Source of the DNA: an uncultured Candidatus Saccharibacteria bacterium
Lineage (GTDB): Bacteria; Patescibacteriota; Minisyncoccia; Phycocordibacterales; UBA9973
DNA length: 64,000 bases
Direction of reading: 5' to 3'
Assembly: GCA_964646765.1 (NCBI GenBank)
Contig: CAZYIA010000001.1
Span: forward strand, 151,339-215,338
This document shows positions 46,746-56,210 of this stretch, one piece after another (positions within the stretch are counted from its first letter, which is position 1; the number at the start of each line of letters is the position of its first letter). Made by a program: the position numbers and the translations under genes. Below the pieces are notes generated by a model. It was not told where the DNA came from. It searched no databases and worked only from the letters and a program-made list of their open reading frames with translations.

Positions 46746-47114
46746 ATGAGGCACAATCGAGGCTTTCTTGTTACCGTTATTGTCATTATTTTTGCTATCG
46801 CAGCTTTCGGTATTATTCGTTTACAAGGTGCGACATTGCCGACGCTGCCAGAAAACGCAACCGAGAAAACTGATTTACAAAATGCCGATACGACACTTTC
46901 TGCCTACTGGAATAAATACTTTTCAATCGCAGCCCCAATTGGTAATTTTCTTTGGAATGCTTTTAAAGCAAATATGACACACATCCAAAATGGTGAGCCA
47001 ACAGATATTCAGAATAATTGGTCATCAACTATTTCTGGAGAAAAACCAAATTATGAAAAACAGGGAATTAGCATTCATAACCAAGTAACTTCGCAAAACT
47101 CTCTTGGAAACTAG
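46746..47114 (+). CDS. Hypothetical membrane-anchored protein (122 aa)
   Basis: N-terminal TM helix. Confidence 0.45.
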   Translation: MRHNRGFLVTVIVIIFAIAAFGIIRLQGATLPTLPENATEKTDLQNADTTLSAYWNKYFSIAAPIGNFLWNAFKANMTHIQNGEPTDIQNNWSSTISGEKPNYEKQGISIHNQVTSQNSLGN

Positions 47115-48351
47115 TTCTCACAATCAGTTTGACGTTATCATTGTTGGTGGTGGTGCTTCAGGTATGATGGCCGCTGGCACTGCTGCTTCGCGTGGTTTAA
47201 AGGTGCTTTTGCTTGAGAAAAACCAAAAACTTGGCGAGAAGTTAAAAATTTCAGGTGGTGGACGTTGCAATATTACCAATGCCGAACCCGAAAAACGCAC
47301 GTTTCTAAAAAATTATGGTAAAGCGGAGCAGTTTCTGTATTCGCCGTTTTCAAAGTTTGATAACAAAACCACATTCTCTTTTTTTGAATCTCTTGGTTTG
47401 CCATTGGTGGTGCAGGCACGCAACCGAGCATTTCCTCATACTGAAAAAGCTCACGATGTTGTAAAGACGCTTGAGCACTATATGAAAAAAGGAAATGTAA
47501 CTATAAAGATAAATGCAAAAGTTTCTCGAATTGAAAAAGAAGGCGATCGCATCATTGGTGTTCGTTCCGGTACTACTTTCTACGAGGCTAAGGCCGTTGT
47601 TCTCTCAACTGGCGGCGTATCGCATCCAGAAACTGGTTCAACTGGGGACGGTTTTAATTGGTTAAAAAGTCTGGGACACACGGTAGTTGAGCCAACACCA
47701 ACCATTGTGCCGTTAGCCGTAAAAGAACGCTGGGTTCATGCTTTGGCTGGAGTATCACTTTCTTTTATGAAAATCACATTCTACCAAGATGGAGTAAAAA
47801 AGTTCTTTCGAAAAGGAAAAGTGCTGTTCACCCATTTTGGTCTTTCTGGCCCGCTTATTTTAAATGCGGCGAAAGAAGTGCATGATCTTTTGTATGATGG
47901 CGTTGTTACGGCAACTATTGATGCCTATCCAGATACAGACATTGGTGCGTTAGATAAGCAAATTACGAAAGTGTTTGATACCAACAAAAATAAAATGCTC
48001 AAAAATATTTTTGACCAAATAACACCAGAGGGAACAGCTAAGGCGTTATTACCACTTCTTCCTATTCCACCAGAAACCAAAGTGCATAGTATTACTAAAG
48101 AAGATCGTCGAAAAATCGTTGATCTTTTGAAGGCACTACCGATTACGGTCACAGGACTCATGGGTTTTGATCGTGCTGTCGTAGCTGATGGGGGAGTGCC
48201 GTTAACAGAAGTAGATACTCGGACGATGCGTTCAATTATCTACCAAAATCTTTACTTAACCGGTGACCTACTTCATATCAATCGACCCTCGGGCGGCTAT
48301 TCACTTCAGCTTTGTTGGACTACCGGCTACGTAGTTGGTTCTAGTGTATAG
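47104..48351 (+). CDS. HI0933/BaiN-family FAD-dependent flavoprotein
   Basis: FDVIIVGGGASGMMAAG..GGGRCNITN. The ORF track uses a TTG start at 47104; an internal start is possible. Confidence 0.8.
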   Translation: METSSHNQFDVIIVGGGASGMMAAGTAASRGLKVLLLEKNQKLGEKLKISGGGRCNITNAEPEKRTFLKNYGKAEQFLYSPFSKFDNKTTFSFFESLGLPLVVQARNRAFPHTEKAHDVVKTLEHYMKKGNVTIKINAKVSRIEKEGDRIIGVRSGTTFYEAKAVVLSTGGVSHPETGSTGDGFNWLKSLGHTVVEPTPTIVPLAVKERWVHALAGVSLSFMKITFYQDGVKKFFRKGKVLFTHFGLSGPLILNAAKEVHDLLYDGVVTATIDAYPDTDIGALDKQITKVFDTNKNKMLKNIFDQITPEGTAKALLPLLPIPPETKVHSITKEDRRKIVDLLKALPITVTGLMGFDRAVVADGGVPLTEVDTRTMRSIIYQNLYLTGDLLHINRPSGGYSLQLCWTTGYVVGSSV

Positions 48352-48401
48352 TTATACCCGGTTTATAAGACAATTTCCTCCATGATTGGTATACTTTTCG
48401 T

Positions 48402-48764
48402 ATGATTGACTTACAACAGCCGATGACCAAGCAAAGTGCTACGATGGTTGTCCTTAGTATTCTTGGTGTGCTTGCTGCACTGAGTATTGGATTCTACGTT
48501 GTTCGAGGATTCTTTCACTCCAACTCTGTTTCGCCAACTGGTGAACCACCAATAATTGGAGAAATAAAAACTATTGTTGGTTCGCAAATGCTTATTACTG
48601 GTCCAAAAGGTGATCAGGCTGTTCGTCTCGCCTCAGGTACTCATTACGAGAATGGTGGTTATAGCAGTTTACATGAAGGCGTACTTGTTATGGTTGTTGG
48701 TTCTTCTAAAAATGGTATTCAAAATGCTGATAAGGTCATTATTAATCCGGGGCACAGTGAATAG
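48402..48764 (+). CDS. Hypothetical membrane-anchored protein (120 aa) upstream of the pilin
   Basis: N-terminal TM helix; 1-nt gap to the pilin gene. Confidence 0.45.
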   Translation: MIDLQQPMTKQSATMVVLSILGVLAALSIGFYVVRGFFHSNSVSPTGEPPIIGEIKTIVGSQMLITGPKGDQAVRLASGTHYENGGYSSLHEGVLVMVVGSSKNGIQNADKVIINPGHSE

Positions 48765-48765
48765 T

Positions 48766-49293
48766 ATGACGAAAGAATATAATCGCGGTTTTACGCTTAT
48801 TGAACTCTTGGTAGTGATGGCCATTATCGGCATTCTTTCGAGTGTTGTATTAGTGAGCCTAAGCTCTGCTCGTGATAAAGCAAAGAATGCTCGCATTATG
48901 CACGACCTCGATCAATTGCGAACCCAAATGGAAATTTACCAGATAGATCACGATGGATACGGTGGTTATGTTTGGGATTGTACTAACGGTGTATACGATG
49001 GTAATCCAAATGCAATAAATGTTTTCGCTACGCCCGAAGCCCAAGGAGGAGTAAAGGAAACAGTTGATATTGCTCGAAATGATGCTGCACCAGATAGTAA
49101 CTACTATGGCGGATTTACCTGTGCGACTGGTCCTTACTGGGGTTCATACTATGGAGGCGCAGTGCAACCAACAACGTGGGCTGTTGCCGTTCCTCGTTTT
49201 GGTGGTGGTTTTATTTGCTACGACAATATAAACGGCATGACTGAAATTCAAGGTCAGCTTTTTATGTGGTACGGACAGTGTGGTCATTACTAA
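48766..49293 (+). CDS. Type IV pilin / pseudopilin (prepilin-type N-terminal methylation domain)
   Basis: MTKEYNRGFTLIELLVVMAIIGILSS; start at the internal ATG 48766, the ORF track frame begins earlier. Confidence 0.75.
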   Translation: MTKEYNRGFTLIELLVVMAIIGILSSVVLVSLSSARDKAKNARIMHDLDQLRTQMEIYQIDHDGYGGYVWDCTNGVYDGNPNAINVFATPEAQGGVKETVDIARNDAAPDSNYYGGFTCATGPYWGSYYGGAVQPTTWAVAVPRFGGGFICYDNINGMTEIQGQLFMWYGQCGHY

Positions 49294-49349
49294 TTTTCCC
49301 CTACTTTAGAAAAATTTAATATTTTGTTTAGTTTTCCACAGTTAAAGTA

Positions 49350-49378
49350 TTGCTAGTGAACGCTCGTTCACCTATACT
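49350..49378 (+). promoter_or_regulatory. LexA (Cheo-type) box GTGAAC-N4-GTTCAC filling the spacer of a TTGCTA-N17-TATACT promoter
   Basis: GTGAACGCTCGTTCAC at 49356..49371. TTGCTA at 49350..49355 and TATACT at 49373..49378. Upstream of the small ORF and lexA. Confidence 0.6.
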
Positions 49379-49415
49379 TATTGTAGGTCGCTAGAGTAAT
49401 TTTTGAAACAAAACT

Positions 49416-49607
49416 ATGTCACGAGAACAATACATTGACGTCCTTAGACGAGAAGTTGAAAAGCTTAATAAGGTTATTGATATTAAAATTTTACAAGGCC
49501 AAAATTACTCAAGTGAAGCTCGAAAGCACAAGGCGCTTCTTTCTGAAATTCGTAAGCATGCAGCACGAAACTTTTGGAACCGTCTCTTTATGCTCTTTCA
49601 ATTCTAA
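49416..49607 (+). CDS. Small hypothetical protein (63 aa), likely SOS-regulated and co-transcribed with lexA
   Basis: Lies between the LexA box and lexA; 6-nt gap to lexA. Confidence 0.45.
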   Translation: MSREQYIDVLRREVEKLNKVIDIKILQGQNYSSEARKHKALLSEIRKHAARNFWNRLFMLFQF

Positions 49608-49613
49608 GTAAGT

Positions 49614-50180
49614 ATGAATAACGAATATAAAGACAAGCTCTCTTCCTTCTATCGTCGCGAAAAGCGCATGCCATCGTATTCAGAAATGATGAAGCTCTTT
49701 GGTTTTAAATCAAAAAATGCTGTCTATCGTTTAGTACAAAAAATGCTCGATGCTGGTGTCGTAACCAAGGATGCACTTGGCCGACTATTACCAGGAAATT
49801 CTTTTACTGAAGTGCCAATGCTTGGTTTGGTAAAAGCTGGTTTTCCAGCACCGAGCGAAGAAGTCCTCGAGACTAGCATTAACCTGGATGATTTTCTTAT
49901 TTCTGAAAAAGGTTCAACGTATCTTTTAGAAGTAGATGGTGATTCAATGATCGAAGCGCATATTGCGCCAGGCGACATGGTAATTGCTGAACGGGCAAGC
50001 ATGGCTCGCGATGGCCAAATTGTCATTGCTCGCGTAGATGGCGAGTACACCATGAAATACTTTAAGCGTGATGGCACAAAAGTATGGCTTTTGCCAGCCA
50101 ACAAAAACTTTAAGCCAATTTATCCTACAGATGACTTTCGGATTGAAGCTATCGTGAAGGGTGTTATTCGAAAGTACTAG
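49614..50180 (+). CDS. lexA: LexA repressor (S24 peptidase)
   Basis: N-terminal wHTH; C-terminal VDGDSMIEAHIAPGDMVIAE..GQIVIARVDGEYTMKYF with the Ser/Lys dyad context. Confidence 0.9.
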   Translation: MNNEYKDKLSSFYRREKRMPSYSEMMKLFGFKSKNAVYRLVQKMLDAGVVTKDALGRLLPGNSFTEVPMLGLVKAGFPAPSEEVLETSINLDDFLISEKGSTYLLEVDGDSMIEAHIAPGDMVIAERASMARDGQIVIARVDGEYTMKYFKRDGTKVWLLPANKNFKPIYPTDDFRIEAIVKGVIRKY

Positions 50181-50830
50181 AGGCTCTCTAACTGTTCTAG
50201 CGTGAAGTCGCTGAGCGTTTTAATAGTCAGGTCTGCAATTCCAAACCGAGGATCATTTTCTCCATGATAGTCGGGAACAGCTATGCACTTCATCCGCGCT
50301 GCTTTTGCTGCTAATACACCATTAGGTGAATCTTCGAAAGCGAGACAAAAAACTGGTGGAATACCAAGCTTTTCTGCGGCCGTAATGTATACACCTGGGT
50401 GTGGTTTACCGTATGGTTCATGTTCAGCCGAATGAACAATTGTTATTTTCTTTGTAAGGTTTAGCTTTTCCATAACTGCAGCAATAATGTCTGTTGCTGA
50501 AGATGAAGCAATAGCCATAGGAATATCATTTGTCTTAAAAAGACTAATGATTTCTTCAACTCCTTGCTTTGCTATGCCATTTTTCTTTATTTCTGAGATT
50601 ACTCCAAGGACAATGTCTGCTGCCACTTTTTCTTTTACGATCCCTGGCTGAGGAAATCGAATAAACCAATGTTCAACAACTTCATCCACCCGAAGACCTG
50701 TAGTCTCTTGAACTTGTTTCTGAGATAAGGAAATTCCAATATCTTGAAATACTTTCATTGTTACCTTTTGCCAAATAGGTTCCGAGTCAATCAAAAGTCC
50801 ATCCATGTCAAAAATAACGGCTTTTATCAT
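50177..50830 (-). CDS. HAD-superfamily hydrolase (beta-phosphoglucomutase-like)
   Basis: MIKAVIFDMDGLLIDSE motif I. Confidence 0.8.
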   Translation of the reverse strand: MIKAVIFDMDGLLIDSEPIWQKVTMKVFQDIGISLSQKQVQETTGLRVDEVVEHWFIRFPQPGIVKEKVAADIVLGVISEIKKNGIAKQGVEEIISLFKTNDIPMAIASSSATDIIAAVMEKLNLTKKITIVHSAEHEPYGKPHPGVYITAAEKLGIPPVFCLAFEDSPNGVLAAKAARMKCIAVPDYHGENDPRFGIADLTIKTLSDFTLEQLESL

Positions 50831-50898
50831 AAAACGATTATAAGCGAGAATTGTACTGAGAGCTACTTATTTTAAATGTTCTGTGTATACTAGGAGTC

Positions 50899-52275
50899 AT
50901 GAATCGCATTGAACACGACAGCCTGGGCCCTGTTTCTATAGGTGAAAAAAATATATGGGGAGCGCAAACCGAGCGTACCCGAGAGAATTTTAAGGCAGGT
51001 ACCCCGGTACCGCTTTTGGTTGTGTACGCTCTTACTCAAATCAAGAAAGCTGCTGCCAAAACACATCAATCACTCAAACTGCTGACACCACTAAAAGCAA
51101 AGGCGATTATTATTGCGTGCGATGAAATTTTAAAAGGGAAGTGGGACGATCAATTTCCTGTTTCGGTTTTTCAAAGTGGCTCAGGAACGCAAACTAATAT
51201 GAATGTCAACGAAGTCATCGCTAACCGCGCTCACCAGCTTTTAGACGGTAAGCTTAGTGATACCACTCGTTTGGTACATCCAAACGATGACGTAAATAAG
51301 TCGCAATCAACCAACGATACGTTTCCGGCGGCAATGCATATGGCGCTTCATCGGGCACTCACCCTCGAGCTCTTGCCGGTTCTTATCGGTTTTGAAAAAA
51401 CGCTGATAAAAAAATCTAAAGCATTTAAAAATAATATTAAAGTTGGACGCACGCATTTAATGGATGCCGTCCCAATTTCTTTTGGTCAAGAATTTTCTGG
51501 ATATGCTGCTCAAATTGCTACTACTCGTCGCGCGATAGAAGATTCACTTAAGAATCTCAGAGAACTTCCACTTGGTGGCACTGCGGTAGGAACTGGACTT
51601 AATGCGCCAAAACAATTTGCCGAGCTTACCGTTAAGAACATTCGTACAGACACAAAAGAACCATTTATGGTAGCTAAGAACACATTTGCTCATATGGCCG
51701 CACATGAGGCCGAAGTTCTTACTTCCAGTGCGCTTAAAGTACTTGCCGTTGCTCTTACTAAAATTGCTAACGATATTCGTCTTGGAGCTTCTGGTCCACA
51801 CACAGGTTTTGCTGACATTATAATTTCGGACAACGAACCTGGTTCTTCTATCATGCCTGGTAAGGTAAACCCAACACAGGCAGAGAGTATGCTGATGGTA
51901 TGTCAGAGAGTTATTGGGAACGATCTCACAGTAACACTGGGCGGAATGAATGGTCAATTTGAACTTAATGTATCAAAACCGCTCATCATTGCGACAGTTC
52001 TTGAGTCAGTTGATCTTCTTACACAAGCAATTGTTTCGTTTGATGCTAAGTGTGTTTCTGGTATTAAGATCAATTCCAAAAAATCCCTAGAAAATCTTGA
52101 TCGGTCTCTTATGAACGTCACTGCATTGAACACTCGTATTGGTTATGAGCGAGCAGCCAAAGCAGTGCAGCAAGCAAAAAAAGAAGGTAAAACATTACGT
52201 CAGGTAATTCTTGAACAGAAACTTCTTACTGAAAAAGAATTTGATCAGGTAATGAACTATACAAAACTCGTTTAA
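50899..52275 (+). CDS. fumC: Class II fumarate hydratase (fumarase/aspartase family)
   Basis: GSGTQTNMNVNEV and GSSIMPGKVNPTQAE signatures. N-terminus resembles FumC more than AspA. Confidence 0.75.
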   Translation: MNRIEHDSLGPVSIGEKNIWGAQTERTRENFKAGTPVPLLVVYALTQIKKAAAKTHQSLKLLTPLKAKAIIIACDEILKGKWDDQFPVSVFQSGSGTQTNMNVNEVIANRAHQLLDGKLSDTTRLVHPNDDVNKSQSTNDTFPAAMHMALHRALTLELLPVLIGFEKTLIKKSKAFKNNIKVGRTHLMDAVPISFGQEFSGYAAQIATTRRAIEDSLKNLRELPLGGTAVGTGLNAPKQFAELTVKNIRTDTKEPFMVAKNTFAHMAAHEAEVLTSSALKVLAVALTKIANDIRLGASGPHTGFADIIISDNEPGSSIMPGKVNPTQAESMLMVCQRVIGNDLTVTLGGMNGQFELNVSKPLIIATVLESVDLLTQAIVSFDAKCVSGIKINSKKSLENLDRSLMNVTALNTRIGYERAAKAVQQAKKEGKTLRQVILEQKLLTEKEFDQVMNYTKLV

Positions 52276-52280
52276 ACCCT

Positions 52281-52796
52281 ATGGCGTTTCGAACAACAGT
52301 TGTTACTGTTAACGACAAAATGCAGCGAGGCTATCGCTACGAACGAGTAGAGCCAGAAGGCAAGCATTTTCATCCTGACTTTAAGCCTGATCTCACACCG
52401 AAGCAGATGCTTGCCCTTGGAATTTTTGGCGGTGTCTATATGCGCGACTGTACTAAGGAATTTCCGAAGACTTGGTTTACAAAAGCCAAATTTGCAAAAG
52501 GGAAATCAGACCCAAAACTCAATTACTTTAAAGTTTCTGCGAGCCAGCCACTTTCAGAATGGCAAAAGAAAGGTTGGATATACAAAGATGATCCACGTGG
52601 ATGGTTTCAGTGGTACTGTCGCTACTATTCAGGTCGCCGGTTGCCAAAGGAAGACGATCGGCAGATTAAACGCTGGATCAATATGCGTCGCCATCTAGGC
52701 CAAATCGCGGCTCATTGTCGTCCTCTCGACATGCTTTGTCGACCTCGTCAGCGTCAAGCATTACTCCATTGGGCTTATGATGCAAGGCGCTTTTAG
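52281..52796 (+). CDS. Hypothetical protein (171 aa) with a Trp/Arg-rich motif
   Basis: GWFQWYCRYYSGRR..DDRQIKRW; no confident family. Confidence 0.5.
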   Translation: MAFRTTVVTVNDKMQRGYRYERVEPEGKHFHPDFKPDLTPKQMLALGIFGGVYMRDCTKEFPKTWFTKAKFAKGKSDPKLNYFKVSASQPLSEWQKKGWIYKDDPRGWFQWYCRYYSGRRLPKEDDRQIKRWINMRRHLGQIAAHCRPLDMLCRPRQRQALLHWAYDARRF

Positions 52797-52839
52797 GCGT
52801 AGAAAACCCAAAGTGGCTGTGCTACACTAGACCTTACGT

Positions 52840-54030
52840 ATGGAAATAGCAGAACGAATGTCACGCCTCGGAACCGAAACAGCTTTCGAGGTTTTAGTTA
52901 AAGCGCGTGCCCTCGAAGCACAAGGTAAAAATATTGTTCACCTTGAAATTGGTGAACCAGATTTTGATACCCCTAAAAATATTGTTGAAGCCGCGAAGAC
53001 AGCGCTCGACACAGGCTACACTCACTATGGTCCATCAGCGGGCTTAGTTCCTGCACGTGAGGCGATTGCAAAGTACGTAATGAAAACTCGCCCAGGTTTT
53101 ACCTGTACCGTTGATGAGGTAGTAATTACTCCAGGAGCAAAGCCAATCATGTTCTACTCTATTTTGGCTACCGTTAATGAAGGCGATGAAGTTATTTATC
53201 CGAATCCAGGATTCCCAATCTATGAATCAATGATCAACTTTGTTGGAGCAAAGCCAGTACCACTTCCATTAAAAGAAGAAAAGGAATTCCGTTTTGATAT
53301 TGAAGACCTCAAGGCTCGCATCACTCCAAAAACTAAGATGGTGATCGTAAATACACCGCAAAATCCAACAGGTGGTATTTTGACGAAAGAAGATATCGAA
53401 GCAATTTCTGCACTCGCTATCGAGCACAACTTTATTGTTTTCTCGGATGAAATTTATTCTCGCATTGTCTACGGAGATTTTCAGCATTTCTCATTTCTTC
53501 AAGTACCAGGCATGAAGGAACGCACTATCATGCTCGATGGTTTTTCAAAAACCTACGCCATGACCGGTTGGCGTTTAGGCTACGGTGTTATGCCAAAAGA
53601 AATTGCTACACTCGTTGCAAAGCTCCAAACAAACTGTGCAAGTTGCACCTCAAGCTTTACCCAAATGGCCGGCGTTGAAGCACTTGAGGGTCCACAAGAG
53701 TCAGTAGATGAAATGGTTGCCGAGTTTAAACGCCGTCGCGATGCAATCGTAGATGGTCTAAACTCTATCCCAGGATTCCGCTGCCACCGTCCGCACGGTG
53801 CCTTTTATGTATTTCCTAATATCACCGGAACTGGCATGAAGAGCCAGGAAATTGCCGACTATCTTCTCTATGAAGGTGGCGTAGCTTGTCTTTCTGGAAC
53901 TGCTTTCGGCGAATATGGTGAAGGATTTATTCGTTTCAGTTACGCAACCTCAATCGAAAATATCAACGAAGCAATTGCTCGAGTAAAGAAAGCTATCGAG
54001 AAGAAATTAGGAACCAAGGCGGCTGTATAA
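52840..54030 (+). CDS. Class I/II pyridoxal-phosphate aminotransferase (aspartate aminotransferase-like)
   Basis: SKTYAMTGWRLGY PLP-lysine motif; 396 aa. Confidence 0.85.
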   Translation: MEIAERMSRLGTETAFEVLVKARALEAQGKNIVHLEIGEPDFDTPKNIVEAAKTALDTGYTHYGPSAGLVPAREAIAKYVMKTRPGFTCTVDEVVITPGAKPIMFYSILATVNEGDEVIYPNPGFPIYESMINFVGAKPVPLPLKEEKEFRFDIEDLKARITPKTKMVIVNTPQNPTGGILTKEDIEAISALAIEHNFIVFSDEIYSRIVYGDFQHFSFLQVPGMKERTIMLDGFSKTYAMTGWRLGYGVMPKEIATLVAKLQTNCASCTSSFTQMAGVEALEGPQESVDEMVAEFKRRRDAIVDGLNSIPGFRCHRPHGAFYVFPNITGTGMKSQEIADYLLYEGGVACLSGTAFGEYGEGFIRFSYATSIENINEAIARVKKAIEKKLGTKAAV

Positions 54031-54127
54031 TCAGTCGAATATCTCTTCACTAAATCTTCATATTTGAAACTTGCCGGAGGGATTGTCGGGTGTACAATAT
54101 CGGCATTACGAGTAACAAGAAAAGTAT

Positions 54128-54373
54128 ATGTTCTATCCTCACGGTTCTATGATGTTCTATCCGTATTTTGGTCCACTAAACATGATTGGTCATATTCTCG
54201 GTTGGATCGTTTTTGTTGCAGTCATCCTTTTTGTGGTAAAAGCTTTCTCTCGCAACCGACATCACTATCGCATGTTCGGCCACGACAGTTCTATGGATAT
54301 TCTCCGCGAACGTTATGCAAAAGGAGAAATTACCAAAGAGCAGTTCGAGTCAATGAAGAAAGATTTACAGTAA
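54128..54373 (+). CDS. SHOCT-domain small membrane protein
   Basis: TM helix plus C-terminal ILRERYAKGEITKEQFESMKKDL. Confidence 0.6.
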   Translation: MFYPHGSMMFYPYFGPLNMIGHILGWIVFVAVILFVVKAFSRNRHHYRMFGHDSSMDILRERYAKGEITKEQFESMKKDLQ

Positions 54374-54374
54374 T

Positions 54375-54404
54375 AACGTTTACAAAGAACCCAAACGCGG
54401 GTTC
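54375..54404 (+). terminator. Intrinsic terminator
   Basis: AAGAACCC-AAAC-GCGGGTTCTT then TGTTTTTT. Confidence 0.5.
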
Positions 54405-54732
54405 TTTGTTTTTTATGACAACATTTAGCGATCGCGTCGTAGAACTTGCACTTTCAATTCCTAAAGGCCGTGTTACCACATACGGTCGCATTGCGCGTGC
54501 CGCTGGAGGCGGTGGAATGTCAGCCCAAAGTGTCACCGCTATTTTAGGAAAAGCAGCCAACTCTGGAATAAAAAATATTCCATTTCACCGCATTGTCTAC
54601 GCTGACGGTCACATTTGGTTGTCATCTACAAACCGTAAAGAACGTATAACGCTCTACAAAAAAGAGGGGATAGAAATAGATAATCGAGGGCGAATAGAAA
54701 ATTTTCGCAGGCTGTTATTTGAATTTAAATAG
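54405..54732 (+). CDS. Alkyltransferase-like (MGMT DNA-binding domain) protein lacking the catalytic Cys (PFHRIV instead of PCHRV)
   Basis: VTTYGRIARAAGGGGMSAQSVTAILGKAANSGIKNIPFHRIVYADG; start at the internal ATG 54405 (108 aa). Confidence 0.6.
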
Positions 54733-54789
54733 CCATTGACAATAGTGCTTAGTATCGTATTGTAAGCAAAGAATTCTCTGACAATACTC

Positions 54790-55599
54790 GTGATCGAAAG
54801 TAAGAAGATCGCAGTCTTTTTGCTTTTGATCACCAGTAATATTTTTACTATGGCAACAAAAACAAGAGTTTTTTACGGTACTCATGCATCCGAATATATG
54901 GATGTCTATTGGCCTTACTCCACAACGAATCTACAGACACTCATTGTTCTTATCCACGGCGGCTTTTTTAAGCCAGTCTGGCATTTGAACTTAATGGAAG
55001 CATTAGCGAAAGCCTTCCAAAAACTTGGCTACACGGTAGTAAATATCGAATATCCTCGTGTTGGCGAAGGAAAAACAGCTCTAGAAATGCTCGAAAGCGT
55101 TTTTATAGCGTACGACACGGCTTGCATGCTCGATCCAGAGATTAGTAAGCATGTGGTAATTGGTCATTCGGCAGGAGGATTTTATGCCGAATGGTTTGCC
55201 CTCCGCTCAAATTTTTGTGGCACTAAACTGTGGAATAAAAAAGTTGTGACGCCAACAAAAGTTATCCCACTCGCTCCACTTTCTGACTTAGTTCGTGCAC
55301 AGCGTGAAGGGCTTTCTGATAAACACGATGCCGTATTACGCTTTATACAGTCTGAACAACCTTCAGTACGTTTTGAAGAGGAAGCTCTTAAACTTTCTCC
55401 AATACAGTATGTTACACAAGATTGTCCCATCGAAATTATTCATGGGACACATGATACCGATGTGCCGCTTAGTCATTCTATTTCGTTTGCAGATAATCGC
55501 AGTAATGTGGTCCTGCACCGTACCGAAATGAATCACTACGAGGTAATCGAACCGTCATACCAAATGATGGAACTACTACAAAAAATTATACTTGCTTGA
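54790..55599 (+). CDS. Alpha/beta-hydrolase fold esterase/lipase-like protein
   Basis: Nucleophile elbow VVIGHSAGGFYA; HGTHDTD near the C-terminus. Confidence 0.7.
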   Translation: MIESKKIAVFLLLITSNIFTMATKTRVFYGTHASEYMDVYWPYSTTNLQTLIVLIHGGFFKPVWHLNLMEALAKAFQKLGYTVVNIEYPRVGEGKTALEMLESVFIAYDTACMLDPEISKHVVIGHSAGGFYAEWFALRSNFCGTKLWNKKVVTPTKVIPLAPLSDLVRAQREGLSDKHDAVLRFIQSEQPSVRFEEEALKLSPIQYVTQDCPIEIIHGTHDTDVPLSHSISFADNRSNVVLHRTEMNHYEVIEPSYQMMELLQKIILA

Positions 55600-55605
55600 A
55601 AACTA

Positions 55606-55641
55606 AAAATCCCGCTTCGGTTTTGCCGCGGCGGGATTTTT
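55606..55641. terminator. Bidirectional intrinsic terminator
   Basis: AAAATCCCGC..GCGGGATTTT with T-runs on both strands, between convergent genes. Confidence 0.5.
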
Positions 55642-55657
55642 ACTTTAAAGACTGAAG

Positions 55658-56143
55658 TTAAAATAAATACAGTTGGATTCCTCCAGTGATAAAGGCTCCG
55701 GTATAAAAGAAGCCAAAGAGGTATCCGTACACATAATGTAATTGTTGGTATCTTGGTAAACCCGGAACAAATTTTCTTAATAGAAATCTACCCCACAGTA
55801 GCAGCAAGAGGAAAGCCGTTGGGCCTACAAAACCATACATGTGTATACGGAACAGTGTTGGGTGGTGATGTCCATGGAAATAGGGAATATGAACCAGACA
55901 TTCTATGAAAAACAACGTTGTGGTCGCTACCAGTACAAACTTATTGCGGAACGAACGATGTTTCTTTGCCGCGTTCGGAATGCGTTCTTTACTCTGCATT
56001 CCAAACCAAACGGTACCAATAGCAAGATACAGTGAGTAAGTTGCCGGAATGCTAGAAATCCATTTCAGAATGATAAGAAGTGTTTCCATAGTTTGGGTTA
56101 GTTTAGAAGTGACCACAAAAGAAAAATGGCCTTCTGTGGCCAC
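55658..56143 (-). CDS. Hypothetical polytopic membrane protein (161 aa)
   Basis: Multiple hydrophobic helices. Confidence 0.5.
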   Translation of the reverse strand: MATEGHFSFVVTSKLTQTMETLLIILKWISSIPATYSLYLAIGTVWFGMQSKERIPNAAKKHRSFRNKFVLVATTTLFFIECLVHIPYFHGHHHPTLFRIHMYGFVGPTAFLLLLLWGRFLLRKFVPGLPRYQQLHYVYGYLFGFFYTGAFITGGIQLYLF

Positions 56144-56210
56144 CTCTAGACCGAGCTGTCAAAGAAATTGCTTTAATTAAAATATAACAAAATATAATTT
56201 TGTCAATTAA

